A DNA stretch of 64,000 nucleotides from Phoronis australis. Lineage: Eukaryota; Animalia; Phoronida. This document shows positions 41,201 to 56,200 of the stretch, one piece after another. The stretch covers positions 1-64,000 of the forward strand of contig NMRA01000542.1 of assembly GCA_002633005.1 (NCBI GenBank), written 5' to 3'. Each line of letters opens with the position of its first letter. Position 1 is the first letter of the stretch. Under the pieces are notes generated by a model, which saw nothing but the letters and a program-made list of their open reading frames with translations, was not told the origin of the DNA and did not search any database. Made by a program: the position numbers and the translations under genes.

Positions 41201-44200
41201 CCAGACATGCTTAACAGTTAAAAACGGCTTCCCATAATTTTATTAATTAGTTGTGCCATACTCCAGAAGTGACGTTTAGGGGGTTAAAAATTTCCTGCCA
41301 TTTTGTTTTCATATAGTCTTACTGTATCAGCTGTCGTTTCAGTCATTTTACCTCAATTGTGATAAGTTCGGTCATTGTTTGCATTTGTTTATGAGTCAGT
41401 CAACACGACGCAAGGTTGCTGCGTACCGGGTGTACACAATATCACGCGCATTTTGGGAATGCCATTACATCGCTTTCCAAAAGATGACACAACTGGTTCG
41501 TTCGTGTGAAGAATGCAGCGTTACCCGTTCACGCAATATACAAAGCATTTTTTGAAGCAAGAAACCTCGCAAGCTGTGGCTTCACCTACCCTCACCCGTA
41601 CCTCCAAACATACATGTACCCCAGATCATGCAATTCCTGGAACTAGCAGTGATTCATACTGTGCTGATGTTGTCTGCAGCGCAGAGCCTTTAAGCAGCCC
41701 TGTGTTAGTGAACACAGGCCCAGCTCGACACCTGATGAGGAAGATAGTTGCCCAGTGAACATGCGGGTGAGCCAAACTTTGATAAGTTTATTGTCAACTT
41801 TACCAAAGTATTGGAGATATTTAGATGGCGGCAGCTGTGTGGCGAGGGAGTCACAGGATGTAAGCAGTTTCGGTGCTCAGGTCACCATCCAGTGGGAACA
41901 GCATACTTAAGGCATTCCATTGAGATCGGCATAACAGTGCACACTGTGCACTTGCATCAAGAGGTCCCACCACATCTGTCCCCAGTCTCTATCTCATCTC
42001 TCTAAACAGCTGTCTGTGTGTATTCTGCCTCACTATACTCAGGCTCAAACATTATCCACCCACTGACTGTTCGAGAAAAAATTTCCTCGTCTCCACTCAA
42101 TGAACAATGTCTCCGTCACTCACGTTACTGAGTCTGTGTATGTGACATGGGTCACCAACTCCAGCCATTTTCAGGCTACTACAAACTAAATGATCCCTAA
42201 ATCTAACATAATTGAGTTCTCTAACAACCTAGCTTGTCGTAGAATACTCGTCAATGAGAAGTGGCGATGAAAATTTTAGGAAACCAGCAAAAAACCAACA
42301 GTGCAACAGATCCTCACAGTAAACTTGAACGCAGAAGCAAAATGGCAGGAAATTCTTAACCCCTAGTCACTTCCGGAGTAGGGGACGACTAATTACTAAA
42401 ATTACTGGAAGCCGTAATTAACTGAAACATATGTCTATCAACAAACTGTATTTTCCATGGAAAAGGTTTCCTTCTCCTTTAAACTCATACTGAATGAGTC
42501 ATAACATAATCCATTTCACAGAGCTCCATTTTAGTAATATTGCAGACTAAAGAAACTTCGACGTAATAACTGCTTACTTTCATTATCAAAGATAACACTA
42601 CTTGAGCATGTCAACTTTTTCTTTGTGGTGAGTGTTCTGTGGACCCACGACACTTGAAAGTGAAGTAAGTATGACCACGTGCTTCACTTGTATGTAGTAC
42701 ATGGTGATATCTTGCAACGACTTCCGTGATCTTGCTTTTTTGCAAGTGCCTTGCGTCCATGGAACACAGTGTTGTGTACAATGGTAATACAAAACTGGTT
42801 GAATACACACACTTGCTGTTAATAACAATCTTTATTCTATTCCGTTCGTATCCTCAGAACGAAGTTCGACACTCAATAAAACATTGGTAAAGCAACTGAC
42901 CAAGAGACATGATTAAAAGGCTCACGATATTTTGAAATATACTAATCTTGTTTCATTCTCAAGTGGAACTAAAATTATGCAGTAAACCCACCACACAGTA
43001 AAGGCTGGAAATGTACACAGTTGGGCACAGCAGGTGTGAAATACTGTAGCATGCGTGCATGTGCGTGATAATGTCGGGGCCTCCAGACATCTAGTGCAAG
43101 CAATAAATGTAAAAGGCAATGTTCAGCCAAACCTAGCTCCACTTCAGAACTTTGTTACGCCTGCCTCCCAAGTAGCGTAAACTGCATGTCTTGAGCCGTC
43201 TAAATATTTCATTTTTTGTTGCAGGTCATTTGCAGATGTGAAGAGAGGCTGACCAGTCTGATCCTGGCCTTGGTGATGAAAGTCAATAACCGTTGTTTTA
43301 ATTTTGCTCCACCCAGCTTTGAACACAAATAAAATGTCTGAGTACGTCGCACCCAAACTTGGCACATGGCTTTGCATATAAATTTTTGCCTCTCATCACA
43401 TTTCTTCAGAGTAATGTCATAATTAAAAGGCCTCCTACAGTTTCAGCTATCTGGCTGCAACTGCATGGTAGTATGTGGACTGACCAGAATGTTGCCAAAC
43501 CATTCTTTACAGTCAACATGTATCACTGATGCGTAGACCCAAATTTTACAAAGCTTTCCTAAGTGCACTAATACCTTTTTCGGTTGGTTCCAATCATTTT
43601 CGGCTCTATAAGCATATTTAGGCTTTAAATGAGCATATTTAGGCTTTAAATGAGCATATTTAGGCTTTAAATGAGCATATTTAGGCTCTAAATGAGCATA
43701 TTTAGGCTTTAAATGAGCATATTTAGGCTCTAAATGAGCATATTTAGGCTTTAAATGAGCATATTTAGGCTCTAAATGAGCATATTTAGGCTCTAAATGA
43801 GCATATTTAGGCTCTGCCAATACATCAACAAAACATAGTAACACATGACAAAAATTGAAACACAACGAAGATCATTGTCAATCTGTACTCTCTGTAATTT
43901 ACACAGTCCAGATGCCAACAATTCATTCACTGGTACTGACATAACTTTTAATTTTTGAGTATCTTATCTGAATTGACTATTTTGCTTAAAATAAACCACA
44001 TACCGTATTCGCCGTAATAACCGCCCATGCCCCTATAAGCACCCCCCCACGCGTTTTCAGACTTTGCTGAAATAAGCGCCCAGTCCATGAACGCGTACAG
44101 GCAAACAATGACGTACTACCTACAGTCCTAAAACTCGGCTACAGTAACGTCTTCAATTTATCAAAAAAACTTTTGCACGGGTCTTCTAGACCACTGGCAC

Positions 44201-47200
44201 TGCTACGTTTGTATTTAGCCGTGACTTTACACTTCAAAGTAACGCAGCGCTTCAAAAAGAACGCAACAGCGTTCTACGCTCTCGCGACGACCGTGTCTCA
44301 CTATGGTCTGACCTTTCAGTAGACACATCGACTGTCTCATGAATAAAAATAATTCGGTGTTAAACGCACGTGGCCAGGAAGCTCGCGCTACATACATTAA
44401 CCTGTCATCAAAGACATTAGTCGGGAACTATCCATTCATGAAACGGGTAGCATAGCATCGATAAGAAATGAATATTGGCACTAATTTCCGACAATTTCTA
44501 ATATTATAAAACATGTTTGCGTTATTTTTGAGATGGATTGTTTGATTAACCATAATTGGTGTTTTTAAGCCGAATATCCGATAAAATGACAACTGACAGT
44601 GAATGCTTGCACACCCTTACACCGAAAAAATAACTGTCAGATAGTTCCGTACGCATCCAGCTACATGGCGACTAATATGGGCCTTACCGAGACAAATGTC
44701 GAAAGTTTTTAGCACGAGACCGGCAAGTGCTGAATGAAACACGCTCTGGTTTAGGCCTACTGCTTGTGCAAATTTCTTTAGACACATCTAGCTAGCTAGA
44801 TTGCATGGCTCTGGCCAAAAGACGGTCTCTGCTTTGGCAAATGAACTCTAGTGACACGCACGCGCTTGCTTACTCGCAGACGAACTTCAAAACAAACGTC
44901 ACGTGACAACAACATGACATTGTGTGTTCGTCCAAACATTTTTCTCGCCGTGTTGCCGATCATACATGTAGATGGCACGATCTTGCACAGATTTGTACTT
45001 AAACCTGCCGTTAATCCAGACTCCACGGAAAATAAAAAAATCTAAGAGACGCTACTTATAAAACTTAATGAGGATTTCAGGTAATTTGCTTGAGTCGAAA
45101 CCATTTTTATTTAAGCACTGAAGTCACCATATCGAAGACGGCGATTTCGAGGCAGTCAGTCGGCGAGTTTTTGCCCTGGGATTTCAGCACAATTTTCTGT
45201 AAAATGATCGTAATTTAGCAGCAAAGTTTGATAGCAATGCGCCACAGTTTTGTTGAAAGTCTTTCATAGATTACATATACGTTACAGTGTGTAAATTTGA
45301 TGAATTTTAGCTTCTGATTTCACTTGTTTCGGAGACCGGGTTTCAACCGCCTTGGGTTATAATAAGCGCCCCCCCCCCTGAACTGAACTTTTCTAAGCGC
45401 CCTGGTCGGTTATTACGGCGAATATGGTAGTAGATATTAATTATATCTTGGTGAAAACTGTTGACAAAGAAAGATTGAGACAGCAAATCCACATGATTCA
45501 TGCGGGTTTGTTAAAAGTGCTTCCCTAGTGTTGAAATGAATAATTATTGTTTACACGTAAAGTGCCCAGTCGGGAATAACGCCATGTCTCGGTCACAACT
45601 ATCAAACAAATGAACCATACAACAGACTGCCCACTTTTATTTATATTTGCTTAACAACCATAATGACAGACTGTGGTTTGTAAATAAATAATATATATTA
45701 CAGCAGGGATTAAATAGTTTGATGTCCTTATCAGCATTGCAGTCCTCATCAAGGATTGATCTCATAATGCACACAGTGCTGTGAAAAGATTATGTGTGGC
45801 CTTAATCCCTAATAATATTTACTTTGTGCATGGTGTCTATAGGAGAAACCCTTATCCCAAGGAAGGGCTTTGCTACAACTAATACCAAGTTTACCAAAAT
45901 TAATTTGGTTGCATGTTCTAAATGTGATTTACAGATTACTGTTCACCATTACAAAACAAAAACAACAGGAAGGATGTATGGTAACATGACTTAAAAGGCC
46001 TTTGAAGCTACTTAAAGTGGCAAGCCAAGAACATGCCAGGTATACTATACTACAGCAAACTTTCACCAATTTGGGGGAAAAATGACTGCAAAAAATGTCC
46101 TTTTTAATTTCTCAAAGGCTTCTAACATTGCGGTGAATGTCTGCAATTTTTCAAAACTTTGTCTGATGATAGCTGTTGGTGGCACAAAACTTAAAGTGGA
46201 AAAGTGTTCAGTTTGATGCTGCAAATGTTTCTTGGAAAATGATAACTTAAAAACAAACTGTCACTAGGTGGCCAAACTGTGTCCTAAATTGGAGAAATGA
46301 TAGTACACAGGCACCATCATCACTGCAACAAACACAGTACAATGCTTTCTAGCACTTTCTGGGCTTAACCCATATTATTGTACATTGTAGTTTTTATAAT
46401 AAACATTAAAAAGACATGAAGCAGAACATGGAATGAATTACAGGGAACAATTCAGAGAAAGAAACAGGCATAACGACCACAGATAATAAGGAAAAAGCAT
46501 CGATTGGTAATCCTATGAGTTGATGACATGTGACATCTGATACATCGTGTAATGTTTAATCACACTTAATATGTGAATCGTAGGATGTTCATGATATTTC
46601 ACATCAATCTGTAACAGTTTGCGATATGAACATGAAACGAATAAAATGCTGAGATCAACTTGTACTTTGTAGAAGGAAAAACAACTGACCAATGTCACGA
46701 CATCAACAACATACAGCACCTGTCTAGCACAGAGAAAAAAGCACGACTTAGTTGACTACAGATTTATCTTACCCTCAGTAGCATTACAAATACAAACAAA
46801 AAAAAACAGGATGACGTCAGAGGCCAAGAAAATCAATTGACCAATCAAACAAAAGCCTGGTATTGTTACAAATATTAACAGGACTGCCTCATATTTTATG
46901 CAATGTAATAGTTTATGTCTTTTTAGGTTGAGCCGAAATAATCACATTCTTTGATAACATCGTCGTCCATTCTTCTAAAACATAACATTTGCGTCGTGAG
47001 CAGGATGTGGATCAGAACCTATGATGAGTGTTACAGCAACAGATAAAGCAACAGCAGGAAAATAGCCAGCGGTTCGCTGAGATGATTACAAGTAGACTCA
47101 AATAACCAGTGTTTCGCTGAGATGATTACAAGAAGACTCAAATAACCAGCGGTTCACTGAAATGATTACAAGTAGACTCAAATAACCATTGGTTCGCTGA

Positions 47201-50200
47201 GATGATTACAAGTAAACTCAAATAGCCAGCGGTTCGCTGAGAGGATTACAAGTAGACTCATGCAACAACGAACCGATTCACTTATACCTTTCCAGCTTTT
47301 GCCTCTGTCTTTTTATAGCGCCATCGAGTTACGGAAAGATTACTGGTCACGTTTTAGAACTTTAATTTACAGCAGCCAAATTTCATACCAACCGAAAAAT
47401 TACCCCTAGTCCTTTTAACAAACTAAACTTCTAATGTATACAAATTGCTGGGTATGCTGGCCGAACAACAAACTCCACGCAAGGATATCAATCAGTTAAC
47501 CATAATTGAAATAGCAAGAATTATTTCGACCCAAAAAGTTTTACAGTAAGGGAACGCTTCAAATTTTGATCTGACATCGAAACAAAAGCCAGGTGAAACA
47601 ATCCAGGAGCTTGCATTCACCCAGAGGCCACAAAATGTTTCCAGCCATAACCGACCCACAAGATGAAGCCATGAGAACACCGTTCATTTGTTCAATCAAC
47701 AACCATTTGCCTAAGTGTCTATTTTAGTTCCTGACTCACACACAAACAGGTCATGGTTTGAGCTGCTGGTCCATTTTCCAGTTAATCTCTTATAGTCGCT
47801 ACCTCAATTTTTACTAGGTAATTAAAATTACACCAAGTATTTTGCTCCGNACTGCTCGGTTAACCGACCTCCCCCGATTTTTTGGATTCGCCAGTTTAAC
47901 CGCCCAAGGCGTTAACCGAACGATTACCGTAACGGTAAATTGGAGAAATGATACTGTAGTACACAGGCACCATCATCACTGCAACAAACACAGTACAATG
48001 CTTTCTAGCACTTTCTGGGCTTAACTCTTATTATTTTACATTGTAGTTTTTATAATAAACATTAATAAACATGAAGCAGAACATGGAATGAATTACAGGG
48101 AACAATTCAGAGAAGTGCCCCCAGAGAAAGAAACAGGCATAACGACCACAGATAATACGGAAAAAGCATCGATTGGTAAACCTATGAGTTGATGACATGT
48201 GACGTCTGATACATTGCGTAATTTTTAATCACACTTAATATGTGAATCGTAGGATGTTCTTGATATTTCACATCAATCTGTAACAGTTTGCGATATGAAC
48301 ATGAAACGAAAAAAATGCTGAGATCAACTCGTACTTTGTAGAAGGAAAAACAACTGACCAATGTCACGACATCAACAACATACAGCACCTGTCTAGCACA
48401 GAGAAAAAAGCACGACTTAGTTGACTACAGATTTATCACAAGATTCTTACCCTCAGTAGCATTACAAATACAAACACAAAAACTAACAGGATGAGTTAAG
48501 AGGCCAAGAAAATCAATTGACCAATCAAACAAAAGTCTGGTATTGTTACAAATATTAACAGGATTGCCTCATATTTTATGCAGTGTAATAGTTTATGTCT
48601 TTTTAGGTTGAGCCGAAATAATCACTTTCTTTGATAACATCGTCGTCCATTCTTCTAAAACATAACATTTGCGTCGTGAGCAGGATGTGGATCAGAACCT
48701 ATGATGAGTGTTACAGCAACAGATAACGCAACAGAAGGAAAATAACCAGCGGATCGCTGACATGACTACAAGTAGACTCATGCAACAACGAACTGATTCA
48801 CTTTCGCCTTATACCTTTCCAGCTTTTGCCTCTGTCTTTTTATTGTGCCATCGAGTTACGGAAAGATTACTGGTCACGTTTTAGAACTTTTACAGGAGCC
48901 AAATTTCATACCAACCAAAAAATTACCCCCAAGTCCTTTTAACAAACTAAACTTCTAACGTATACAAATTGCTGGGTATGCTGGCAGAACAACAAACGCC
49001 ACGCAAGGATATCAATCAGTAAACCATAATTGAAATAGCAAGAATTATTTCGACCCAAAAGTTTTACAGTAAGGGAACGCTTCAAATTATGATCTGACAT
49101 CAAAACAAAAGCCAGGTGAAACAATCCAGGAGCTTTCATTCACCCAGATGCCAGAAATGTTTCCAGCCATAACCGACCCACAAGATGAAGCCATGAGAAC
49201 ACCGTTCATTTGTTCAATCAACAACCATTTGCCTAAGTGTCTATTTTAGTTCCCGACTCACACACAAACAGGTCATGGTTTGAGCTGCTGGTCCATTTTC
49301 CAGTTAATCTCTTACAGTCGCTACCTCAATTTTTACTAGGTAATTAAAATTTCACCAAGTATGTTGCTTCGACATCATTTTTTGTTTGCACTCTACAGGT
49401 TGCATTTTTTGTTTGATTCAAACGAAATTCACACACAACCTGTAGTCCAGGAAGTACTGGAGGCCTATTTTTTTGTCATGATCGGATTCAAGATGGCAGA
49501 CATGGTGGCCATTTTGTATTCGAATTCAGATTCAAAGGCTCATAGAGACAGCAATTTTTCACGTACATGGCTGAAAATCGGAAAGGTTGCTGTACCAGAT
49601 GTGTACTACAGATATGCCAGAATCACTTACTTCTGATTAAAAATGGCGGAAATATTGGCCATTGTGCATGGGCACTTCNATGATTACAAGTAGACTCAAA
49701 TAACCAGCGGTTCACTGAAATGATTACAAGTAGACTCAAATAACCATTGGTTCGCTGAGATGATTACAAGTAAACTCAAATAACCAGCGGTTCGCTGAGA
49801 GGATTACAAGTAGACTCATGCAACAACGAACCGATTCACTTATACCTTTCCAGCTTTTGCCTCTGTCTTTTTATAGCGCCATCGAGTTACGGAAAGATTA
49901 CTGGTCACGTTTTAGAACTTTAATTTACAGCAGCCAAATTTCATACCAACCGAAAAATTACCCCTAGTCCTTTTAACAAACTAAACTTCTAATGTATACA
50001 AATTGCTGGGTATGCTGGCCGAACAACAAACTCCACGCAAGGATATCAATCAGTTAACCATAATTGAAATAGCAAGAATTATTTCGACCCAAAAAGTTTT
50101 ACAGTAAGGGAACGCTTCAAATTTTGATCTGACATCGAAACAAAAGCCAGGTGAAACAATCCAGGAGCTTGCATTCACCCAGAGGCCACAAAATGTTTCC

Positions 50201-53200
50201 AGCCATAACCGACCCACAAGATGAAGCCATGAGAACACCGTTCATTTGTTCAATCAACAACCATTTGCCTAAGTGTCTATTTTAGTTCCTGACTCACACA
50301 CAAACAGGTCATGGTTTGAGCTGCTGGTCCATTTTCCAGTTAATCTCTTATAGTCGCTACCTCAATTTTTACTAGGTAATTAAAATTACACCAAGTATTT
50401 TGCTCCGACATCATTTTTTTGTTTGCACTCTACAGGTTGCATTTTTTTGTTTGATTCAAACGAAATTCACGCACAACCTGTAGTCCAGGAAGTACTGGAA
50501 GCCAATTGTTTTTTGTCACGATCGGATTCAAGATGGCAGACATGGTGGCCATTTTGTATTCGAATTCAGATTCAAAGGCTCATAGAGACAGCAATTTTTC
50601 ACGTACATGGCTGAAAATCGGAAAGGTTGCTGTACCAGATGTGTACTACAGATATGCCAGAATCACTTACTTCTGATTAAAAATGGCGGAAATATTGGCC
50701 ATTGTGCATGGGCACTTCGCTTTCTGGTCGAAAACGTTTTGTCCTGTAGAGGTCGCATTGCTGCACTAATTGCTTCAAAATTTTTCACAAGTTTCTTGTA
50801 AATAGCTATTATCAAGTGCTGCTTAGCCACAAGTTGTTTTCAAACTGTTGGATTTGACGCAATTTCATCAATTTTCAATCGTGCTAGGGTGCCACTTTGA
50901 GCGGTAAGAATTTTTGCAAGTGCTTTGTCTTTCAAATGAACTGCAACAATCTTTTCTCAGACTTACCATTTTTGGGTTATTTGACTTTCCACGAAATGTT
51001 TTCGGAATTTTGTGAAACTACATCGTAAGAGAGTGCTTATTGCGCTTTCAGAAAATGTAATTTTTCTTTTCATTTTTTGCTACGACGTACTATACTTTTT
51101 TGAATTATTTTAGATTTCTTTACAACGCTGTTCCTTTGATTGATTTTTCTGCACCTTTGTAGCTGCATTCTACTGAACAAAACCGTAGCTTATTTCTAAC
51201 TCATTTCTGAAGTCTTCTTTCATCATACGATTGTTATCATCATGTTCATCATTGCCACTTTCATCGTCATCATCATCATCATCTCAAATATTCTTTTCAG
51301 TCAATTTCGTCTAGTGGCGCTCTCCGAGCACTTTTATTCTTATGCTTTTTTCTTCATTAGGTAAACAAGAGCAACGCGGAGCGTTGAAATGCACCCACGA
51401 ATGCATCGCAAATGGTGTGCTTTTGGGGTTGCTTATTTGTGTCATAAACATGGTCACTAGATGGTGCAAAAACATACAATCCGTCCAAAAACAAGAACAT
51501 GGCATTGCTTCTTTAACAGAAAGCTAAACACCAAATTTCATAGAAATCGGTCATGGAACTTCAGAGAAACAAAGGAAAACAGAATAAAATGAAATTGCCA
51601 CTAGGGGGCACAGTGTTCACTGGACCGCCTGAAAGTCCTCATTGTCTGTTGTTAACTTCATATAAATAAACTTACAAAATTTAATAATTAAAAGATCCTG
51701 CAGTGGGTTTAGGAGAGGCAGCTATGAGCACAAAACAAAACAAAACTACCACTAGGAAGCGACAGAGTAGTCAAAGTCGTCATCATGAACCGTCCTCTTC
51801 ACACTGAGAACATATACGCCAATTTTCGAAACCATCCTTACAATGATTTGGTTTATAGAGAGGTAGACGCCAAAAAACAGACTCGAAAAGAGGAAAAATG
51901 GCCACTAGGTGGTGCAAAGTACCTTGATTCCATCCAAAAACGGGAGGATAGCGTCATCTCACCAATAGATGCCCGTATTCAAAATTTTATGAAAATCTGT
52001 TGAGGACCTTTGAAAATACGTAAATGTACAAACTAAAATTGCCAACAGCGGGCGTATGAGTAGTCAGATCCATCCCAAAATCCTCGTCGTCCGTTGCCAA
52101 CATCATATGAACACACTTCTTAAATTTAGTAAAGATCCTGCATACGGTTTAGGAGATATAGCCATGGGCGCAAAAAAGAAACTGCCACTAGGAGGCACCC
52201 CAGTAGTCGAAGTCATCGGAAAATCATCATCAGCGATCCACTTCATAATTAAAATATACATGTCAATTTTCACAATTATCCTGAAAGCGGTTTGGTTGAT
52301 AGAGGGATGGACGCCAAAAAACAAGATTCAAAAACAGTAAAAATGGCCACTAAGTGGCGCAAACTAGGTTGAATCCATCTTTCCGAAAGTTGTTGTCGTC
52401 TCCTGTCAACATCATATAAATGCATTTACTAAATTTAGTAAAGATGCTGCAAACGGTTTAGGAGATATAGCCATAGGCGCAGAACAACAAAACTGCCACT
52501 AGGAGGCGCCAGAGTAGTCGAAGTCGTCAGAAAATCATCGTCCACGTTCTCTTCATAGTAAGAACATACATGCCAATTTTCACAATCATACTTAGAGCGG
52601 TTTGGTTGATAGAGGGGTGGACGTCATAAAACAGACTCGAAAACAGTAAAAATGGCCACTAGGTGGCGCAAACTACGTCAAGTCCATCCGAAAATGGCAG
52701 GATGCTGTTGTCTTACTAATAAATGCATATATACTGAATTTTGTGAAAATACGTAGAGGACCTTTGAAGATACAGAGGTAAATGTAAAAAACTAAAATTG
52801 CCACTAGGGAGCACACCGGTAGTCGAATCTGTTTGAAAGTTCGCTCATGCCATCCCATCAATGAAAGGAACACATGTGCAAAATTTCATGAACAATACGT
52901 CAAACGGTTTTGGAGATAGAGCAGCGGACGCCGGATGCCAGACGGATGCAGTCCGGACGAACGCAGATGACGATGACGCCATAATGCGTCCACATATAAA
53001 TATGTGGGCGCATAAAAATGCACTGCCATTCACAAGTCTGGCACTGTCAATGTTGATGATATCTGTCAACAGATGGAGCAATCGTTCGCACTACACAAAG
53101 TCTGAGAAAGACATGACTCGTTACTGGCTGTCTGCCTGGCATTGACAGTACAGTAAATGGGAACAGATTGAGCATTATCGAATTTCGAACTTCCATCCGC

Positions 53201-56200
53201 CTCTGTTAGCAATGACACGATTTCAGCATAACAGTAATAAGCAAACGGTTGAGCCACACTGCCCCCTGTTTCAAACAGAGTGAATGAGGTGCAAATGTAT
53301 TGAGGGCCCTCATGGTAAGCTGTGCACAACACTGATGAGGTGAAAACAAACTAAAAAACTTTTCATTTTAAAAAGGGAATTTCCACTCATTCCCCACAGA
53401 AATTTCTGCGCATGATACAACATAGGGCTGAAATGCAATGGTATATCAATTTTTAAGCCAAAATGATGGAAATCTAGGCGCAAAAAAATCTGCAACTTTT
53501 CAGGGACAAAAAGGGAATGAGTGGAAAATCCCTTTCTAAAATGGAAAGTGTTTTAACTTTTTTAAAATTCATATTGAATCAACTTACCCCATACTCATCT
53601 CTTGGATCTGTGAACATAAAGTCCAGCACTGCGTCCATGTTGGCCATCTTCATTGCGGCTCTATGGAACACAAAGCTTCACATTAGTCCATTAAAACAAA
53701 TTCAGTGTCAATCCAATATTTCACATTAACTTGTTACTTGTTATGTATTAATTTAATGACAAACACAAACCTATGCAGTATCAATCGGATCAAGGTCTAA
53801 CCAGACTGCTAGTTTGCTACCTTAAAAAATTCTGTCAATCAAAAGCAAAACAGAAGTTTTAAAAGAGGATAGCTTTTAAGTAGCTGTAAAGTAGACACTC
53901 CACTAACTACTTGTAGCATCGTCATAACAGACAGACAATTTTTTGGTTTATATCCGTCAACTTCACCATGTCATTGTCACTGTCTTCCATATCATATTTC
54001 CCCAACAGAGCAGTGACAAAAGCAATTATTATAAATAAGCCTAGGGTTTTTGGCAGTGTATTGAGAATAGCCACTTCTTTCAAAAGGATAATTAAATCAG
54101 AATCAAAAACCTGTTTTCACATGTCAAGTACATTAATTGCTACCTTAAAAGCAAGTTAATTTTTACAACCAATCAAAAAAAGTATTACGTTAAAGTAAGC
54201 TGTTCTTTAATAATTGTTTTTCATTCCTTACAGCTTACCACAGAGCCACGTTATTCCACGTTTTCGCAAAATAAGTCCTTCAAAAAATCCACTTAGTACA
54301 TTGTTTGACTTCAGAAGTATAAATTGATGAAAATTTATTGTTGTGTTTTTGATGAAGTTGAATTAATGCAATTTTTCCTATGAAAGCATTTGAATCAACA
54401 CTGTGGAATAGACAATTAAATAAATCTGAATGAAAATAAGATTGCCCAGTTTTCAAAAAAGTAGGCACAACGTTATCAATAGCAAAATGGAAAAGGTTTC
54501 TTCAACCAAAGAAAGCATAAAACTTACGTTACCTGTTAAGAAATATGGCGCCGCGTATCGTTTCAAATGGATTCGATCGTGTTCTTGCACGTCGCATTTC
54601 TTCTGGTTCCAAGTCATCGAATATGCTCTATAGACATTAGTAATAACTGCTGCAGAATTCAATTAAAATATTTTGTGTATCAAAAAACACCACCATTACC
54701 CAAACAAGTATGCAGTGGACGATGCTAACGATTATATGGGACCCAAGAAAAATGTCCAAATTTGGCTGACTTTGGAACACTATATCTCAGAAATGGCTCT
54801 TTGGATTCATACAAAACTTCCGGAGAGTAGACTTTATGCAGTCTTTCAAACTGCTGTTAGGAGAAAGTAGCATTTGACAAAATGAAGTTCCCATTTCGAT
54901 CATATTCCATACCAAGTACTTGAAGAATTACAATAACTTAAAATTCAATTACTATGAACAGTTGTAGCAGAGGATTCGGACACTTCCAACCTCAACAAAT
55001 GGTCTCCCTAAACGAATAAATTTCCTGTATCTTGGTGACCCAGGTCACACACTCAGGAGAGCTGCAGCCCTTGGTCCCTATTCATGCTGGGCTGTCTAGT
55101 CTTGATGAGACAGCCTCCTTGGAAGAAACTAGTTCAGCCAAGGATATTGCTCACAACAGGACTTGCAAAAAGGACCCCTCTCACACCTATATAGGGAAAA
55201 CTAAACGCTCTCAGGGATACTAGAATGAAGGCACACTCAAAGTTGGATAAACTCACTGGCATTATGAAAACATCCTCAACACTGGCTAAAGTATTGACAG
55301 TTAAAATGCAGCCTCAACACTGGCTAAAGTATTGACAGTTAAAATGCAGCCTCAACACTGGCTAAAGTATTGACAGTTAAAATGCAGCCTCAACACTGGC
55401 TAAAGTATTGACAGTTAAAATGCAGCCTCAACACTGGCTAAAGTATTGACAGTTAAAATGCAGCCTCAACACTGGCTAAAGTATTGACAGTTAAAATGCA
55501 GCCTCAACACTGGCTAAAGTATTGACAGTTAAAATGCAGCCTCAACACTGGCTAAAGTATTGACAGTTAAAATGCAGCCTCAACACTGGCTAAAGTATTG
55601 ACAGTTAAAATGCAGCCTCAACACTGGCTAAAGTATTGACAGTTAAAATGCAGCCTCAACACTGGCTAAAGTATTGACAGTTAAAATGCAGCCTCAACAC
55701 TGGCTAAAGTATTGACAGTTAAAATGCAGCCTCAACACTGGCTAAAGTATTGACAGTTAAAATGCAGCCTCAACACTGGCTAAAGTATTGACAGTTAAAA
55801 TGCAGCCTCAACACTGGCTAAAGTATTGACAGTTAAAATGCAGCCTCAACACTGGCTAAAGTATTGACAGTTAAAATGCAGCCTCAACACTGGCTAAAGT
55901 ATTGACAGTTAAAATGCAGAAGTTATAGCCAGAGGAAAGCACTGGTATTCTCAGAAAGTCAATGAGACCATTTACATCAAGACCAGTCAGTCCAGCATGA
56001 ATAGGGAGCAAAGACTGCAACTCCCCCCAGTGCTTGACCTAATTCTGTATCAGGGTCAGCAAGACGTGTGAAATCCATCCATTGAAGAAGACCCTTAGTT
56101 GAGAGTGGAAACGTCCGAATCCTCCACAACACATGTGTTTGTAGCAAGTGAATTTTATCTGCTTAACATCGTCATGAACAATGAAAAATCTATTCTATCA

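Noticed and set aside
43443-43865. 140-aa ORF with (HLEPKYA)n
   Set aside because: It is the product of a 21-bp minisatellite with no other coding support. The ORFs at 13534-13881 and 61399-61716 arise the same way.
47020-47082. Possible box C/D snoRNA (ATGATGA...CTGA)
   Set aside because: It is antisense to the host gene, has no terminal stem, and the CTGA belongs to the 40-bp VNTR unit.
47492-50238. Identical 62-aa ORFs suggesting a duplicated gene
   Set aside because: They arise from the duplicated intron segment at contig joins, are disrupted in the middle copy, and carry no recognisable domain.
55274-55919. CRISPR-like array of 38-bp repeats
   Set aside because: The units are head-to-tail with no unique spacers, there are no cas genes, and the context is a eukaryotic intron. 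The same applies to the 32-, 34-, 40- and 41-bp arrays.
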